Source of the DNA: an uncultured Phycisphaerales bacterium
Lineage (GTDB): Bacteria > Planctomycetota > Phycisphaerae > Tepidisphaerales > Tepidisphaeraceae
Direction of reading: 5' to 3'
Length of the DNA stretch: 64,000 nucleotides
Assembly (NCBI GenBank): GCA_963758525.1
Contig: CAVWVQ010000003.1
Coordinates: forward strand, 1,824,001-1,888,000
Shown: piece by piece, positions 20,966-31,898 of the stretch
Layout of the letters: every line of letters starts with the position of its first letter
Numbering within the stretch: position 1 is the stretch's first letter
Notes under the pieces: generated by a model
Seen by the model: the letters and a program-made list of their open reading frames with translations, nothing else
Database searches by the model: none
Told to the model about the DNA's origin: nothing
Made by a program: the position numbers and the translations under genes

Positions 20966-22321
20966 ATGGCGAACACTAATCGTCCGGGTAATGGCGCCGG
21001 CGGCGGGCAAAACCCGCCAACCGGGGGCGGCGGAAACAATCCGCCGGGTGGATTCCGAGGCCGAAGGGTCACCACTTGCAGCTTTTGCGGCAAGTCATCG
21101 CGTGACGTCGGGCCGATGGTGGAAGGACCCAGCGATGTTTACATTTGCGCGAATTGCGTCGACCTGGCTCATAACATTATCCGCCAGGAGAAACGCAAGC
21201 TCAGCGCGGGCCAGCCGCTGTTCACGTCAATCCCGACGCCGCGTCAGATCAAAGAATTCCTCGATCAGTACGTGGTCGGCCAGCAGTACGCGAAGAAAGG
21301 CCTGGCCGTCGCGGTTCACAATCACTACAAGCGATTGATGAGCAGCGAGAAGGAAGGCGAGGAAGCAAATCCCAACGACATCGAGATCGACAAGAGCAAC
21401 GTGCTGCTGATCGGTCCGACCGGCAGCGGCAAAACGCTGATGGCCAAGACGCTGGCGCACATTCTGAATGTGCCGTTCGCGATTGGCGACGCCACCACGC
21501 TCACCGAAGCCGGGTACGTGGGCGAGGACGTTGAAAACATTCTTCTCAAGCTGCTGCAGAACGCGGATTATGATCTCGAATCCGCCCAGCGCGGAATCGT
21601 CTATATCGACGAAATCGACAAGATCGGGAAAACGTCCGGCAACGTCAGCATCACGCGCGACGTCAGCGGCGAAGGCGTCCAGCAGGCGCTGCTGAAGATG
21701 CTCGAAGGCACGATCTCGAATATCCCCCCGCAAGGCGGCCGAAAGCATCCCGAGCAGCAGTACATTCAGATGGACACGAGCCAGATCCTGTTCATCTGCG
21801 GCGGGACGTTTGTCGGGCTGGAAGACATCATCCGCAAACGCCTCGGCAAGCGCCAGATCGGCTTCAACGCCGAGACCGGCGACGGCGAATCGGCGCGCGA
21901 TCGCGCGGCAGTGCTGGCGCAGGTGCAGCCGGAAGATCTCGTCGAATTTGGAATGATTCCCGAATTTGTCGGTCGTCTGCCGGCCGTGGCAACGCTCGAG
22001 CCGCTGGACGTGAAGACGCTGATCTCCATTCTGACCGAGCCCAAGAACGCCCTGGTCAAGCAATACCAGAAGTTCTTCCGGCTGGAGAACAGCGAAGTCG
22101 AGTTCACGCCCGGTGCGCTGGAATTGATTGCCGAGCGTGCCTTGAAGCGCGACACCGGCGCCCGCGCGTTGCGGGCAGTGTGCGAGGAAGTGATGCTCGA
22201 CCTCATGTACAAGCTCCCCGACGCGGGTCAGGGCGGCAAATACATCATCACCGAAGACATCGTCGAAGGCCGCGAGAATCTCTTCGAGCTCAAGCCGGAG
22301 CGACGGAAAGAGTCGGCGTAG
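20966..22321 (+). CDS. clpX: ATP-dependent Clp protease ATP-binding subunit ClpX
   Basis: C4 zinc finger CSFC...[54 protein letters not shown] loop, TGARALR. Confidence 0.98.
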   Translation: MANTNRPGNGAGGGQNPPTGGGGNNPPGGFRGRRVTTCSFCGKSSRDVGPMVEGPSDVYICANCVDLAHNIIRQEKRKLSAGQPLFTSIPTPRQIKEFLDQYVVGQQYAKKGLAVAVHNHYKRLMSSEKEGEEANPNDIEIDKSNVLLIGPTGSGKTLMAKTLAHILNVPFAIGDATTLTEAGYVGEDVENILLKLLQNADYDLESAQRGIVYIDEIDKIGKTSGNVSITRDVSGEGVQQALLKMLEGTISNIPPQGGRKHPEQQYIQMDTSQILFICGGTFVGLEDIIRKRLGKRQIGFNAETGDGESARDRAAVLAQVQPEDLVEFGMIPEFVGRLPAVATLEPLDVKTLISILTEPKNALVKQYQKFFRLENSEVEFTPGALELIAERALKRDTGARALRAVCEEVMLDLMYKLPDAGQGGKYIITEDIVEGRENLFELKPERRKESA

Positions 22322-22347
22322 TCTTTCGCGATCACGATGATTTTCCC

Positions 22348-22377
22348 AAGAGCGGCCGCGACGGCCGCTCTTTTTTT
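22348..22377 (+). terminator. Rho-independent terminator after clpX
   Basis: aagagcggccg-cga-cggccgctc followed by T7. Confidence 0.85.
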
Positions 22378-22744
22378 GCGCTGGCGCGGATCGTGAATGG
22401 GGTCGCGCGCCTCGACTTGAGAGTCGGTTTCAGAACTTGTTTAGTAGCCGCGCCGCGCAGCGAAGCGTGTCCGAGAGCGCGTTTCGACACATTGCGCCAA
22501 ACATGCGGAAAACGCCGCTGGACGCGCTTCGCTGCGCGGCGCGGCTAAAACAGGCAACGAAACACCTTAAGGTTCCCAAGCGGCTCTTACCGGCGATGCC
22601 AAGCGGCGGCCGCGGACTGCGCTCGATTGCGCCGCTCGCGGCTTCGCAACGTCATCCCTCAACACGCCCTGATGTCGCGAATAACTTCTGGTTCGATTCT
22701 CAGCGACTGGAATTCGCAGTCTTCAGCGATGAAAATTACCTTCC

Positions 22745-25326
22745 GTGAGATTCGCCGCCGCTTGCTCCTGGGGGATGATCGCCGTGCTGGCGGCGCTTCC
22801 GCATGTTTCCCTCGCGGACGATGCGCAGACAGCCGCCCTCATCGCGGCGCTGGGAGATCCGACGCCCGCGAAGCGGGAAGCGGCGTCGGACGCGCTGTTC
22901 GCGATGGGAAGAGCGGCCGAGTCGGCGTTGGAAGCGGCCGCCAACAGCGAGGATCCGGAGATCGCCGAGCGGGCGACGGCAATTCTGGAGCGACTGCGAT
23001 TTGGGATTTCAGCATCAAGTCCGCCGGAGCTGGCGAAAATGCTGGCGCAGTATCGCGGAGGCAGTGACGCCCAACGCCGCGCCGCACTGGGTGAACTTTC
23101 CAAGCAAGGCGTCCCGGGAATGCGCGTGCTGGCGGCACTGATCCGCGTCACACACGATGCCGCTTGGCGCGATCTGATTCTGGAGGTCATGGAAACCCTT
23201 CCCCGCCCTGCTGCCGCCCTGCTGATCGGGAACGGCGATTGCCGCACAGCGCGGAAACTTCTCACGGACGCCGCGGCGGCGGCAAGGGACGGCTCAACCC
23301 GGGATCTGGTCGCGATGGAAGCAAGCAGCGACGGTCTGGTCGCAACGATTGCCGAATGCAAAGGCCGCCTTGCGGTGAAAGAAGTGCCGGGCGACGAGGC
23401 GCTGCTGGCGCTGTTCGAGCGGGCGGCCGGAAACCTGCCGGCGGCGCGCGAGGCTGCGTACCGTTCCGGGGACGCCCGACTCATCAATGACGTTCTGATC
23501 GAACAACACGACTGGGCCACGGCGGCGCATGTCATGGAGGGAAAGAGCGATGCTGGCTCATCGATCGGGCCCCTCGGTTCCCTGGCATATTGCCAACATC
23601 TTTCCGGCAACGCGGAAGGGCTGGCTAAAACGCTTCAAGCGATTGTCGCATTTGCCGATGCGCATCCTGACAGCGGCTCGGTCAAAGCCGCCGCCCGCAT
23701 ATTGTGTCTCAACGACGCTCCGGACGCCGCGATCGATCTGCTGGCGCGGCATGACGAACTTGTTCTGGCGGCCACGTATCAGACGCGCCGCCTGAAGTTG
23801 CGCGAGGCGATGAAACTGATCGCACTGGACCCAGCGCCCGCGCTGGAGAAGCAGGTGGGCCTGCGGCTCTGCGAAATGGACATTCATGAGGACGAGGGAA
23901 ATAAAGACCTTGCGCGCGCGAGCTTCGCACAGGCTGTGAAGTCGGCTCAGGTGATCAATGACGCCGATTCATGGGGATCGATCGCCCGCGCTGCGCGGGC
24001 AGGGATGGATCTAGCGAACGCCGATGAATATCTCGCGCGGCGCTTGCGGTTGTTCCCCGCGGGCACGGCGCGGCGATGATCCTGGCGGGGGCGGGACGCG
24101 CCGCGCGTCGAGGATGCGGAAGAGTGGTGGTGGTTCCTGCGGCCGCGGGCCCAAGGGGATGATGTGTTGCCCGCGGCGCGACGTCTGGTGGGTCTGCTCC
24201 GCGAAACCGCGCCGTCGCCGGCGCTCAACGCGCTGGCACGCGAGATTCAACAGGCCGCCGAGCAGTTTCCCAACCGTGGGCCGCTGTCAGCATTAGGCGC
24301 GAAGACGCTCGTGGCGGCAGGGAGCATCGCCGATGCCGAGTCATATCTGTCGGTCAAAGCGGTGGAGCTTCAGACGCCGGAATTGTTGATGCAACTCGGC
24401 GAAGTGCAGGAGTTATTGAAGAAATGGCCCGCAGCCGCGACGAGCTACGATCGCGCCTGGGATCTCGACCGAACGCAGCCGGCGCCGTTGCTCCTGGAGG
24501 GGCTGGCGCTGCGTCAGGCTGGTGATCCGGCGGGCGGGCAGAGGCTGATCGATCTGGCGCATCAGTTGCCGCTGGGGAATGACGGCCTGCGTTTGCAGAT
24601 GCTTTTGCTGTGCGAGATCCGTCACGCGGATGCCGACGCGGCGATCGAGCGCGATCTGCTGATGAAGGTCGGCGATCCCCATGGGCCCGGCGCGTCGAAA
24701 TGCTGGGGGCCGAGGGCGCCGCCGCGGCCGGTAAAAATGACGATGCCGCGGTGGGTCTGCTGGAGTCGGCGATGATCGAGCACTCCAGCGGGCGATTTGC
24801 ATTCAGGGAAGAGCTGCAAACCCTTCACTTTGCCGCCGTGCTCGACGCCGTTCGCGCAAAGGCCGCGCTGCACGCCGGAGATGTGAAGTCGGCGGTGGCG
24901 TTGGCGCGGGACAGCGAGCGGCTGGAGCCGCCGGAAAGCGATGAGTTCTTCGATCTGGTCAACGCGTTTGGTCGCAGCGGCCATCCCGTGGAAGGAGATG
25001 CGATGCGCAGCGAAGCGACCGGCCGTTTCGAGGAATTGCTGAAGGAGTTTCCGCAAAGCGCACTGCTGGAAAATGATCTGGCGTGGCTGATGGCGCATAC
25101 CGGCGCCAACCTCGATCAAACGCTGGCGCACGCCAGTCGAGCCGCGCAACTGGATCCACAGAGCGCCGCGATCGCAGACACGCTGGCGGAGGTTTATTTC
25201 CGTCGCGGCGAGCTGCAAAAGGCGGTCGACGCAATGAAAAAATGCATCGCTTTGGCTCCGAATCTGGCGATGGAGCAGAAGAAACTGGAAGAGTATCAGG
25301 CCGCGCTGGCGCGACAGCCGCATTGA
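22745..25326 (+). CDS. Secreted HEAT/TPR-repeat protein (two indels, ~24060 and ~24700)
   Basis: Signal peptide and HEAT-like start; three overlapping ORFs; TPR end NDLAWLMA...DTLAEVYFRRG...AMKKCIALAP. Confidence 0.7.
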
Positions 25327-25343
25327 CATCGCGCGCATGAGAC

Positions 25344-26420
25344 ATGGGCGTGCTGAGAATCTACAATTCGCAACAGATGATCTCTGTCGGCATCATCGGC
25401 TTCGGCCGCATCGGCGCGGAACATTTCGGCTGGCTGAGCCGCACGAAGGCCATCCGCGCGGTTGCTGTTGCGGACGCCACATCTGCGCGGCGAACCATGG
25501 CCGAGCAGCGCGGGCTGCGTGCGTTCGAACAGATCGAGCCTTTGCTCGAAGACCGTCAGATCGATGCGGTTCTCGTGGCGACACCGACGGCGATGCATTT
25601 TGAACACGTTTCGATGGCGCTGTCGGCCGGCAAGCATGTGATGGTCGAGAAGCCGATGGCGATGGACTTCGCGCAGGCGCGCGAGCTTGCGGCACGCGCC
25701 GTCAGTACGCGCCGCGTGCTGAGCGTCTTTCACAATCGGCGATGGGACGCGGATTATCTTGCTGTCCGCGCGGCGGTCGCGTCGGGAGTGCTCGGCAAAC
25801 TCATTAACGTCGAAAGCCGGCTCGGTCAGTTCGCCAGTTGTGTCGGCCCAGCCGCGAAAGAATATCGCCCTGGCTGGCGCAACGAGGGCGCCTTCGGCGG
25901 CGGCGGACTGTACGACTGGGGCAGCCATTTCGTCGACCAGCTCTGGCGGCTGCTTTGGCCCGCCCGTCCCATGCGCGTTTTCGCCCAGCTCCGCGGGAAT
26001 GTCTGGTCGAGCGACTGCGACGACTTCGCGCGGGTGCTGATCGATTTCGATCATGGTGTCGCTGGTCTTGTCGAAATCAACACGACCACGGCCGCCCCCC
26101 TGCCGCGCTGGCACATCGACGCCGCCAACGGCTCGGCGACCAGCCCGCACAGTCCGGAGTTCGACACGAGAGTCTGGGCGGCATTGCAATTCGTGCCGGG
26201 GAACGGCGGCAAAAATGTCTCTCGTTCATTTCCCGCCGCCGAACCCGGATTGTCGGAGGAAGACATTTGGGAACAGTTCGCTTCCGCAGTTGCTGGAGAA
26301 GCGGCGCCGGCTGTCAGTGCGCTGAGCGTGCTGCCGACAATGCAACTGCTGGACGCGGCGCGGCGAAGCAGCCATGAAGGTGTCGCGGTCCTGGTCGATT
26401 CACGCGATTGGGAATATTAA
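25344..26420 (+). CDS. Gfo/Idh/MocA family oxidoreductase
   Basis: VGIIGFGRIG, ATPTAMH, GKHVMVEKP, FHNRRWD, GGGLYDWGSH. Confidence 0.93.
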   Translation: MGVLRIYNSQQMISVGIIGFGRIGAEHFGWLSRTKAIRAVAVADATSARRTMAEQRGLRAFEQIEPLLEDRQIDAVLVATPTAMHFEHVSMALSAGKHVMVEKPMAMDFAQARELAARAVSTRRVLSVFHNRRWDADYLAVRAAVASGVLGKLINVESRLGQFASCVGPAAKEYRPGWRNEGAFGGGGLYDWGSHFVDQLWRLLWPARPMRVFAQLRGNVWSSDCDDFARVLIDFDHGVAGLVEINTTTAAPLPRWHIDAANGSATSPHSPEFDTRVWAALQFVPGNGGKNVSRSFPAAEPGLSEEDIWEQFASAVAGEAAPAVSALSVLPTMQLLDAARRSSHEGVAVLVDSRDWEY

Positions 26421-26444
26421 AGACCGCGTGCGCAAAGCCAAGCC

Positions 26445-27567
26445 TCAACTCCGGGCCAGCGCGTCGCTCTGTTTGACGAACGCATCCCCCTGCCAATCGG
26501 CGTCCTTCGTCACCAGCCCGGCTTTCGCCGCGGCCAGGGCCTTGGATTCGGCCTGACGATGAACCAGATCGGCGTGGGTTGTGAAATACTGCAGGCTGCG
26601 GCCTTTGAAGTCGGCGATCGTTTCGAAGTTATGCTTTGCCATGAAGGAAAGCACTTCGTCTTTCATCCGCCCAACACAACCGTAGCCCATCTTCATGACG
26701 CCGGTGCAGACTTGCACGGTGTCGGCGCCGAGCAGAATGAACTGGGCGGCGTCTTTGCCGGACTCGATCCCGCCGATGCCGCTGAGGCTTCGGCCGGGGA
26801 ACTTGTCGCGGATCATTTCGGCGCATTCTTTGACCATCCGCAGCGCGATCGGTCGGACCGCGGTGCATGAGTAACCGCCGGGGACGGTGTATCCTTCGAC
26901 GGTCGGCTCCGGGCGAAGCGTCTCCAGGTCGACGCCCATCACGCACAGGATGGTGTTGATCGCGCTGACTCCCTGACAGCCGGCCGACAGCGCCGCTTCA
27001 GCGCCCGCGGCGATGCTCGTCACGTTCGGCGTGAGCTTCGCCCAGACGGGGACTTTGGCAGCGCTCATCACCCAGCCGCACACCTCGTGCATGATGCTCA
27101 CGTCCTGGCCCATCGCCGCGCCCATCTTGCGCTCGGGCAGGCCGTGCGGACAGGAAAAATTCAGCTCGAACCCGGCGACGCCGGTCTCCTGGACGCGCTC
27201 GATGATCTCGATCCACCGGTCCTTGTTGTACTCCTCCATCACTGAGGCGATCACCGCGCCGTTCGGATATTTGTCCTTGAGCATCTTCAGCTCGTCGAGC
27301 CAGACGGAGAAGGGCCGGTCGGAAATCAGTTCGATGTTCTGCCAGCCGATGATTTCCTTGCTCTTTTCCGTCCGGAGGCGCGGCGTAGCGCGGTGCGACG
27401 TTGACGACCTTCGACGCGTCGAGGCTGATCGTCTTGATGATGACCGCGCCCCACCCTTCGTCGAAAGCCTTGCCGCAGACGTTGGCATTGGTGCCGGGTG
27501 GGCCCGAGCCGATGACGAAGGGGTTTGGAAGTTTGATACCGTCGACGATGGTGGCGAGTGTGGGCAT
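26445..27567 (-). CDS. preA: Dihydropyrimidine dehydrogenase FMN subunit (plant PYD1-like; indel ~27380)
   Basis: LPNPFVIGSGPPGTN, WGAV.IKT.SLD, IGWQNIELISDR, ELNFSCPHG.PER.MGAA, AINTI, SGIGG, VQVCTGVM; no C-terminal ferredoxin cysteines. Confidence 0.9.
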
Positions 27568-27628
27568 ATCAGCACATCTCAAGTGAACAATTCCGCGGTT
27601 CGAGAGCGGTGCTCGCCGCCGTGAAGAA

Positions 27629-27745
27629 GAACACGAATGAGCACGAATTTACACGAATCCGCACGAATAAATGCATTTGACTTTTTTTATTCAGTATTGA
27701 ATTTCTTTCGTGTCCATTCGTGTTTATTCGTGCTCATTCGTGTTC
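27629..27745. repeat. CACGAAT-x4 / ATTCGTG-x4 10-bp-periodic inverted repeat element
   Basis: CACGAAT at 27632/42/52/62 facing (A/T)TTCGTG at 27706/16/26/36 across an AT-rich loop. Confidence 0.9.
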
Positions 27746-27802
27746 CGCATTTCAACGACCCGCTTATCGCGTGATTCTCAAACAGACGCCACGCGAGATC
27801 GC

Positions 27803-29311
27803 TCAGCCGCTTCGCAAATTCGGATGGCCGCGCATCAACAGCGCATAGAGGCCAAAGCCGATGCCGAAGGTAACGAACCAGGCATAGGTGTAAATTGTGT
27901 CAAACACATGCGGTGCGTTGAGCCGGCCGGCGGTGGCGACGTTGAGGAAGCCGGGCGCGCATGGCGCGATCGCGACGATTAGCGCGATCACCGCGCGCCA
28001 GTTGGTTCCATTGCCGTAGCGATATCGGCCGTCGGGATCGTACAGCTCGTCCAGCGCAAGTTGAGCGCGGCGAAGAAGCCAATAGTCGCAGACGAGAATT
28101 CCGCCAACTGCTCCGAGCAACGCCGAGTAGGCTACCAGCCAGGTAAAGATATAGCCGTGGCTGCTCTCGATCAGCTTCCAGGGCATGATCAACATGCCGA
28201 GGACGGCGGTCAGAAGTCCGCCGGCGCGGAAGCTGATTCGGCGCGGGGCGAGATGGCTGAAATCGTTGGCGGGGCTGACGACATTGGCGGCGATGTTCGT
28301 CGCCAGCGTTGCGATGCACAGCGCGACCATCGCGATCACCAGCGCCGTCTTGCTCTGGATTTTGGTCAGCACGTCAACAGGATCCCAGATCGCTTTGCCA
28401 TAGATCACGATCGTCGCCGAGGTGACAGCGACGCCGATGAATGAGTAGAGCGCCATCGTCGCCGGGAGTCCGATCGCCTGGCCGACGATCTGGTCGCGCT
28501 GGGTGCGGGCGTAGCGGGAAAAATCGGGGATGTTGAGCGAGAGGGTCGCCCAGAACCCGACCATGCCGGTCAGCGCTGGGACGAAGAATGCGAAGAATTG
28601 CCCTTCCTTCGGCCCGCCCGGCGCAAACGCGGAAGGCTGGCTGAGCATCGGGCCAAAGCCGTTGGCTTTCTGATATGCCCAGGCGAGCAGCAGCAAGCCG
28701 AGAGCGATCAGCAGGGGAGCTTTGATGTTCAGCAGGATGCGGATCGACTCGATCCCGCGCCAGATCACGACGACATTGAGAAGCCAGAAGAAAAGGAAGC
28801 AAATGAGCTGCGGCATGGTGATGCCGAGCAACTGCGCATGCGAGGCGTCCGCCAGGGACGGCCAGAACACAGCCGCGATTTTGTAGATCGCGGCGCCGCC
28901 GATCCACGCCTGGATTCCGAACCAGCCGCAGGCGACCAGGGCGCGGAGAAGGGCCGGGATATTGGCCCCCCATGTCCCAAAGCTGGCGCGACAATAGACG
29001 GGAAAGGGGATGCCGTATTTCGTCCCGGCGTGCGCGTTGAGGATCATCGGCACGAGCACGATGAGGTTGCCGAGGAAGACAGTGAGCACCGCGCGCCACC
29101 AGTTCATTCCGCCATCGATCAGGCTCGACGCGAGCATGTATGTCGGTATGCACGCCGACATGCTGATCCAGAGCGCGGCAATGGACCAGACGGACCATGT
29201 CCGCTGCGCGAGCGTCGTCGGCGCCAGATCGGCGTTGGAGAGCGCGGAATCGGCGGAGCGCGCGAAGCCGTCGCCAGGTCGATCGGAAGTTGAAAAGGCA
29301 GTTGCCGTCAA
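27803..29311 (-). CDS. NCS1 nucleobase:cation symporter (uracil/hydantoin permease)
   Basis: NADLAPT...RTW...ALWI.M, GTKYGIPFPV, ACGWFGIQ, WATLSLNIPDFSRY, NIAANVVSP, YTYAWFV. Confidence 0.95.
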   Translation of the reverse strand: MTATAFSTSDRPGDGFARSADSALSNADLAPTTLAQRTWSVWSIAALWISMSACIPTYMLASSLIDGGMNWWRAVLTVFLGNLIVLVPMILNAHAGTKYGIPFPVYCRASFGTWGANIPALLRALVACGWFGIQAWIGGAAIYKIAAVFWPSLADASHAQLLGITMPQLICFLFFWLLNVVVIWRGIESIRILLNIKAPLLIALGLLLLAWAYQKANGFGPMLSQPSAFAPGGPKEGQFFAFFVPALTGMVGFWATLSLNIPDFSRYARTQRDQIVGQAIGLPATMALYSFIGVAVTSATIVIYGKAIWDPVDVLTKIQSKTALVIAMVALCIATLATNIAANVVSPANDFSHLAPRRISFRAGGLLTAVLGMLIMPWKLIESSHGYIFTWLVAYSALLGAVGGILVCDYWLLRRAQLALDELYDPDGRYRYGNGTNWRAVIALIVAIAPCAPGFLNVATAGRLNAPHVFDTIYTYAWFVTFGIGFGLYALLMRGHPNLRSG

Positions 29312-29354
29312 TTTGTTTGGCCTCGCTCCAACCGCCGAGCCTCCGGGGGTCAGT

Positions 29355-29422
29355 GTAGGGCGGGATTCATCCCGCCGCTCTTTCGCATCATGGCAACCGC
29401 GGCGGGATGAATCCCGCCCTAC
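29355..29422. repeat. GTAG-type REP doublet (REPIN), 68 bp
   Basis: gtagggcgggattcatcccgccg ... cggcgggatgaatcccgccctac; identical arms and length at 60681-60748. Confidence 0.9.
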
Positions 29423-29428
29423 GGACCC

Positions 29429-30811
29429 TCACATCGCCGCGCATCGGCCTCTCTTGAGGAATTTCCCGTCGCCGCGTTGGCCCATGTATCGGTCATTCTC
29501 CACTACGACCTTTCCTCGCGACAGAACGGTCGTTGGTTTGCCCTTGATCTTCCAGCCTTCAAAAAGGCTGTAGTCGCAATTCATGTGGTGCGACTTCGCG
29601 CTGATTGTCCGTTCGATCGCCGGATCAAAAATCACGATGTCAGCATCGGAGCCGACGGCAATCGTTCCCTTCCTGGGAAACATGCCGAACATCTTCGCGC
29701 TGGCGGTGGAGCAAAGGTCGACCCACTTGTTCAGGCTGAACCCGCGCTGCATTACGCCGCCGTGGTAGACCATCGACAGGCGATCTTCCACGCCCGGGCC
29801 GCCGTTGGGAATCTTCGTGAAGTCCCCCCGCCCAAGCTCTTTCTGTCCCTTGAAAAAAAAGGGACAGTGATCCGTGCTCACCTCCTGCAGATAGCCCAGC
29901 TTCAGCCCCTTCCACAGCGGCTCGATGTTTTCCTTCCCCACCAGCGGCGGGGTGAAAACGTATTTGGCCCCTTCAAAGTCAGGCTTGTCGTAATAGCTGT
30001 CGTCGAGAAAGAGATACTGCGTGCAGGTCTCGCCGAACGCGGGGTTCCCGGCATCGCGGGAGCGCTGCAGTTCCATCATGGCCGCCTCACAGGAGACGTG
30101 AACGATGAAGACCGGCGCTCTGGCGACTTCCGCGACGCGCACAGCGCGGGCGACGCCGTCCGCCTGCATGACGGGCGGGCGCAACTGCGCGTGATACTTC
30201 GGCTCAACCTTCCCCTGCGCCAGCAAATTCTTCACCAGCTCGGAAATGGCGATGCCATTTTCGGCGTGCACCAGCGTGAGCCCGCCGGCCTCGCCGGCCG
30301 ACTGCATGACGCGGAACATGGTCTGATCGTCCACCATGAACACGTTCGGGTAGGCGAGAAACAGCTTGAAAGTGGGAACGCCGCTGTCGATCACCTGCGC
30401 AAACTCGCTGGCATGCCGCGCCTCGTATTCCGTCACCGCAAGGTGAAAGCCGTAATCGATCGCGCACTTCCCCTCAGCCTTGGCGTGCCAGTCGTCGAGC
30501 GTCTGTCTGAAGGTTTTGCCGTGGTATTGGATGGCGAAGTCAATGATGGAGGTCGTGCCTCCGAATGCCGCCGCGCGCGTGCCGGACTCGAAATCGTCGC
30601 TGCTCACGGTGCCGCCGAACGGCAGTTCCATATGGACATGCGGGTCGATCGCCCCGGGAATGACCAGCTTGCCGGCGGCGTCGATCACTTTGTCGGCTTT
30701 CATTGGCAGCGCGGCGCCGATCGTCTTGATTACTTCACCATCGATGAAAACATCGGCGACATAGTCGTCGCTGGCGGTGATGACTCGGCCGTTTTTGATC
30801 AGGGTCGTCAT
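29429..30811 (-). CDS. hydA: Dihydropyrimidinase
   Basis: MTTLIKNG, IPGAIDPHVH, GGTTSIIDF, FKLFLAY, VHAENG, IVHVS, STDHCPF, FTKIPNG, GSDADIVIFDP. Confidence 0.96.
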   Translation of the reverse strand: MTTLIKNGRVITASDDYVADVFIDGEVIKTIGAALPMKADKVIDAAGKLVIPGAIDPHVHMELPFGGTVSSDDFESGTRAAAFGGTTSIIDFAIQYHGKTFRQTLDDWHAKAEGKCAIDYGFHLAVTEYEARHASEFAQVIDSGVPTFKLFLAYPNVFMVDDQTMFRVMQSAGEAGGLTLVHAENGIAISELVKNLLAQGKVEPKYHAQLRPPVMQADGVARAVRVAEVARAPVFIVHVSCEAAMMELQRSRDAGNPAFGETCTQYLFLDDSYYDKPDFEGAKYVFTPPLVGKENIEPLWKGLKLGYLQEVSTDHCPFFFKGQKELGRGDFTKIPNGGPGVEDRLSMVYHGGVMQRGFSLNKWVDLCSTASAKMFGMFPRKGTIAVGSDADIVIFDPAIERTISAKSHHMNCDYSLFEGWKIKGKPTTVLSRGKVVVENDRYMGQRGDGKFLKRGRCAAM

Positions 30812-30851
30812 AAGTGTGTCTCTAGGGCGTTTTTGATCAGGGTCGTCATAA
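30790..30851 (-). repeat. 24-bp direct duplication of the hydA start, creating mini-ORF MTTLIKNALETHL*
   Basis: cgtttttgatcagggtcgtcataa at 30790-30813 and 30828-30851; ORF 30849-30808 whose TGA overlaps the hydA ATG. Confidence 0.85.
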
Positions 30852-30863
30852 ATAATGTCTCGG

Positions 30864-30977
30864 GAAGAGGAACACGAATGAGCACGAAATCGCACGAATC
30901 TTCACGAATGGATTAGTGACTGTTCTTTCTTCTTCGTGAAGATTCGTGCAAATTGGTGCTCATTCGTGTTCCTCTTC
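30864..30977. repeat. CACGAAT-family inverted repeat (full hairpin)
   Basis: gaagaggaacacgaatgagcacgaa ... gtgctcattcgtgttcctcttc. Confidence 0.9.
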
Positions 30978-31545
30978 ATTTGTCTTTGAAGACGCTCACC
31001 GATTGCTATCGAACATCTCCATCAGAGGACGAAGCGATGCCACTCCAGTCGGCCCGCGTCGCCAAAGTTAATCAAAACGCCGACCCGCAGGCCGGTCGCG
31101 CGAGCACGAATTCGCACGAATCTTCACGAATGGATTAGTGACTGTTCTTTCTTCTTCGTGAAGATTCGTGCAAATTGGTGCTCATTCGTGTTCCTCTTCA
31201 TTTGTCTTTGAAGACGCTCACCAATTGCTATCGAACATCTCCATCAGAGGACGAAGCGATGCCACTCCAGTCGGCCCGCGTCGCCAAAGTTAATCAAAAC
31301 GCCGACCCGCAGGCCGGTCGCGCGAGCACGAATTCGCACGAATCTTCACGAATGGATTAGTGACTGTTCTTTCTTCTTCGTGAAGATTCGTGCAAATTGG
31401 TGCTCATTCGTGTTCCTCTTCATTTGTCTTTGAAGACGCTCACCGATTGCTATCGAACATTTCCATCAGAGGACGAAGCGATGCCACTCCAGTCGGCCCG
31501 CGTCGCCAAAGCTAATCAAAACGCCGACCCGCAGGCCGGTCGCGC
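30880..31545. repeat. Tandem array, 3 x 222 bp (CACGAAT hairpin + GxxExxY 3' end)
   Basis: Units start at 30880, 31102 and 31324; four single-base differences seen among the copies. Confidence 0.95.
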
Positions 31546-31841
31546 AGGTAGTTAAGCACTTGGGCTTCGTCGGCATCCGTCGTTCGCTCCGCTGCTTTCA
31601 GCTCGACAAGCACCGCACTGCCACACACGAAATCAGCAACGAACATCTTCTTGAGAATTCGATCCTTATACTTGATCCGCAAGGGCACTTGCGGCAAGAA
31701 CGAAATGCCTCGGTCGGCCAACTCGTATTCCATCGCCTCTTGATACACGCTCTCCAGGAACCCGGCGCCGAGTTCGTTGTACACTTCCATCGCAGCACCG
31801 ACGATCTGATACACTTCTTCCTTTAAAAGCAGCTCGCTCAT
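31466..31841 (-). CDS. GxxExxY family protein (PD-(D/E)XK-like; 2-bp indel near 31545)
   Basis: YQIVGAAMEVYNELGAGFLESVYQEAM, ADFVC..VLVELKA, EAQVLNYL, then GLRVGVLISFG..LEWHRFVL* in the shifted frame. Confidence 0.9.
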
Positions 31842-31898
31842 AGAAATTGTCCTTTGCACAGCCAAGTCTTCATGTTTTGCACTGAACCCCGCTTTTTG

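Noticed and set aside
20966..22321. clpX without adjacent clpP
   Set aside because: Unlinked clpX is common; nothing else is unusual beyond a G/N-rich N-terminal tail.
30953..31360. Twin 61-aa plus-strand ORFs
   Set aside because: By-products of the tandem repeat, antisense to the GxxExxY 3' end.
30880..31841. Diversity-generating retroelement template/variable repeats
   Set aside because: No reverse transcriptase in the window, and only four differences among copies.
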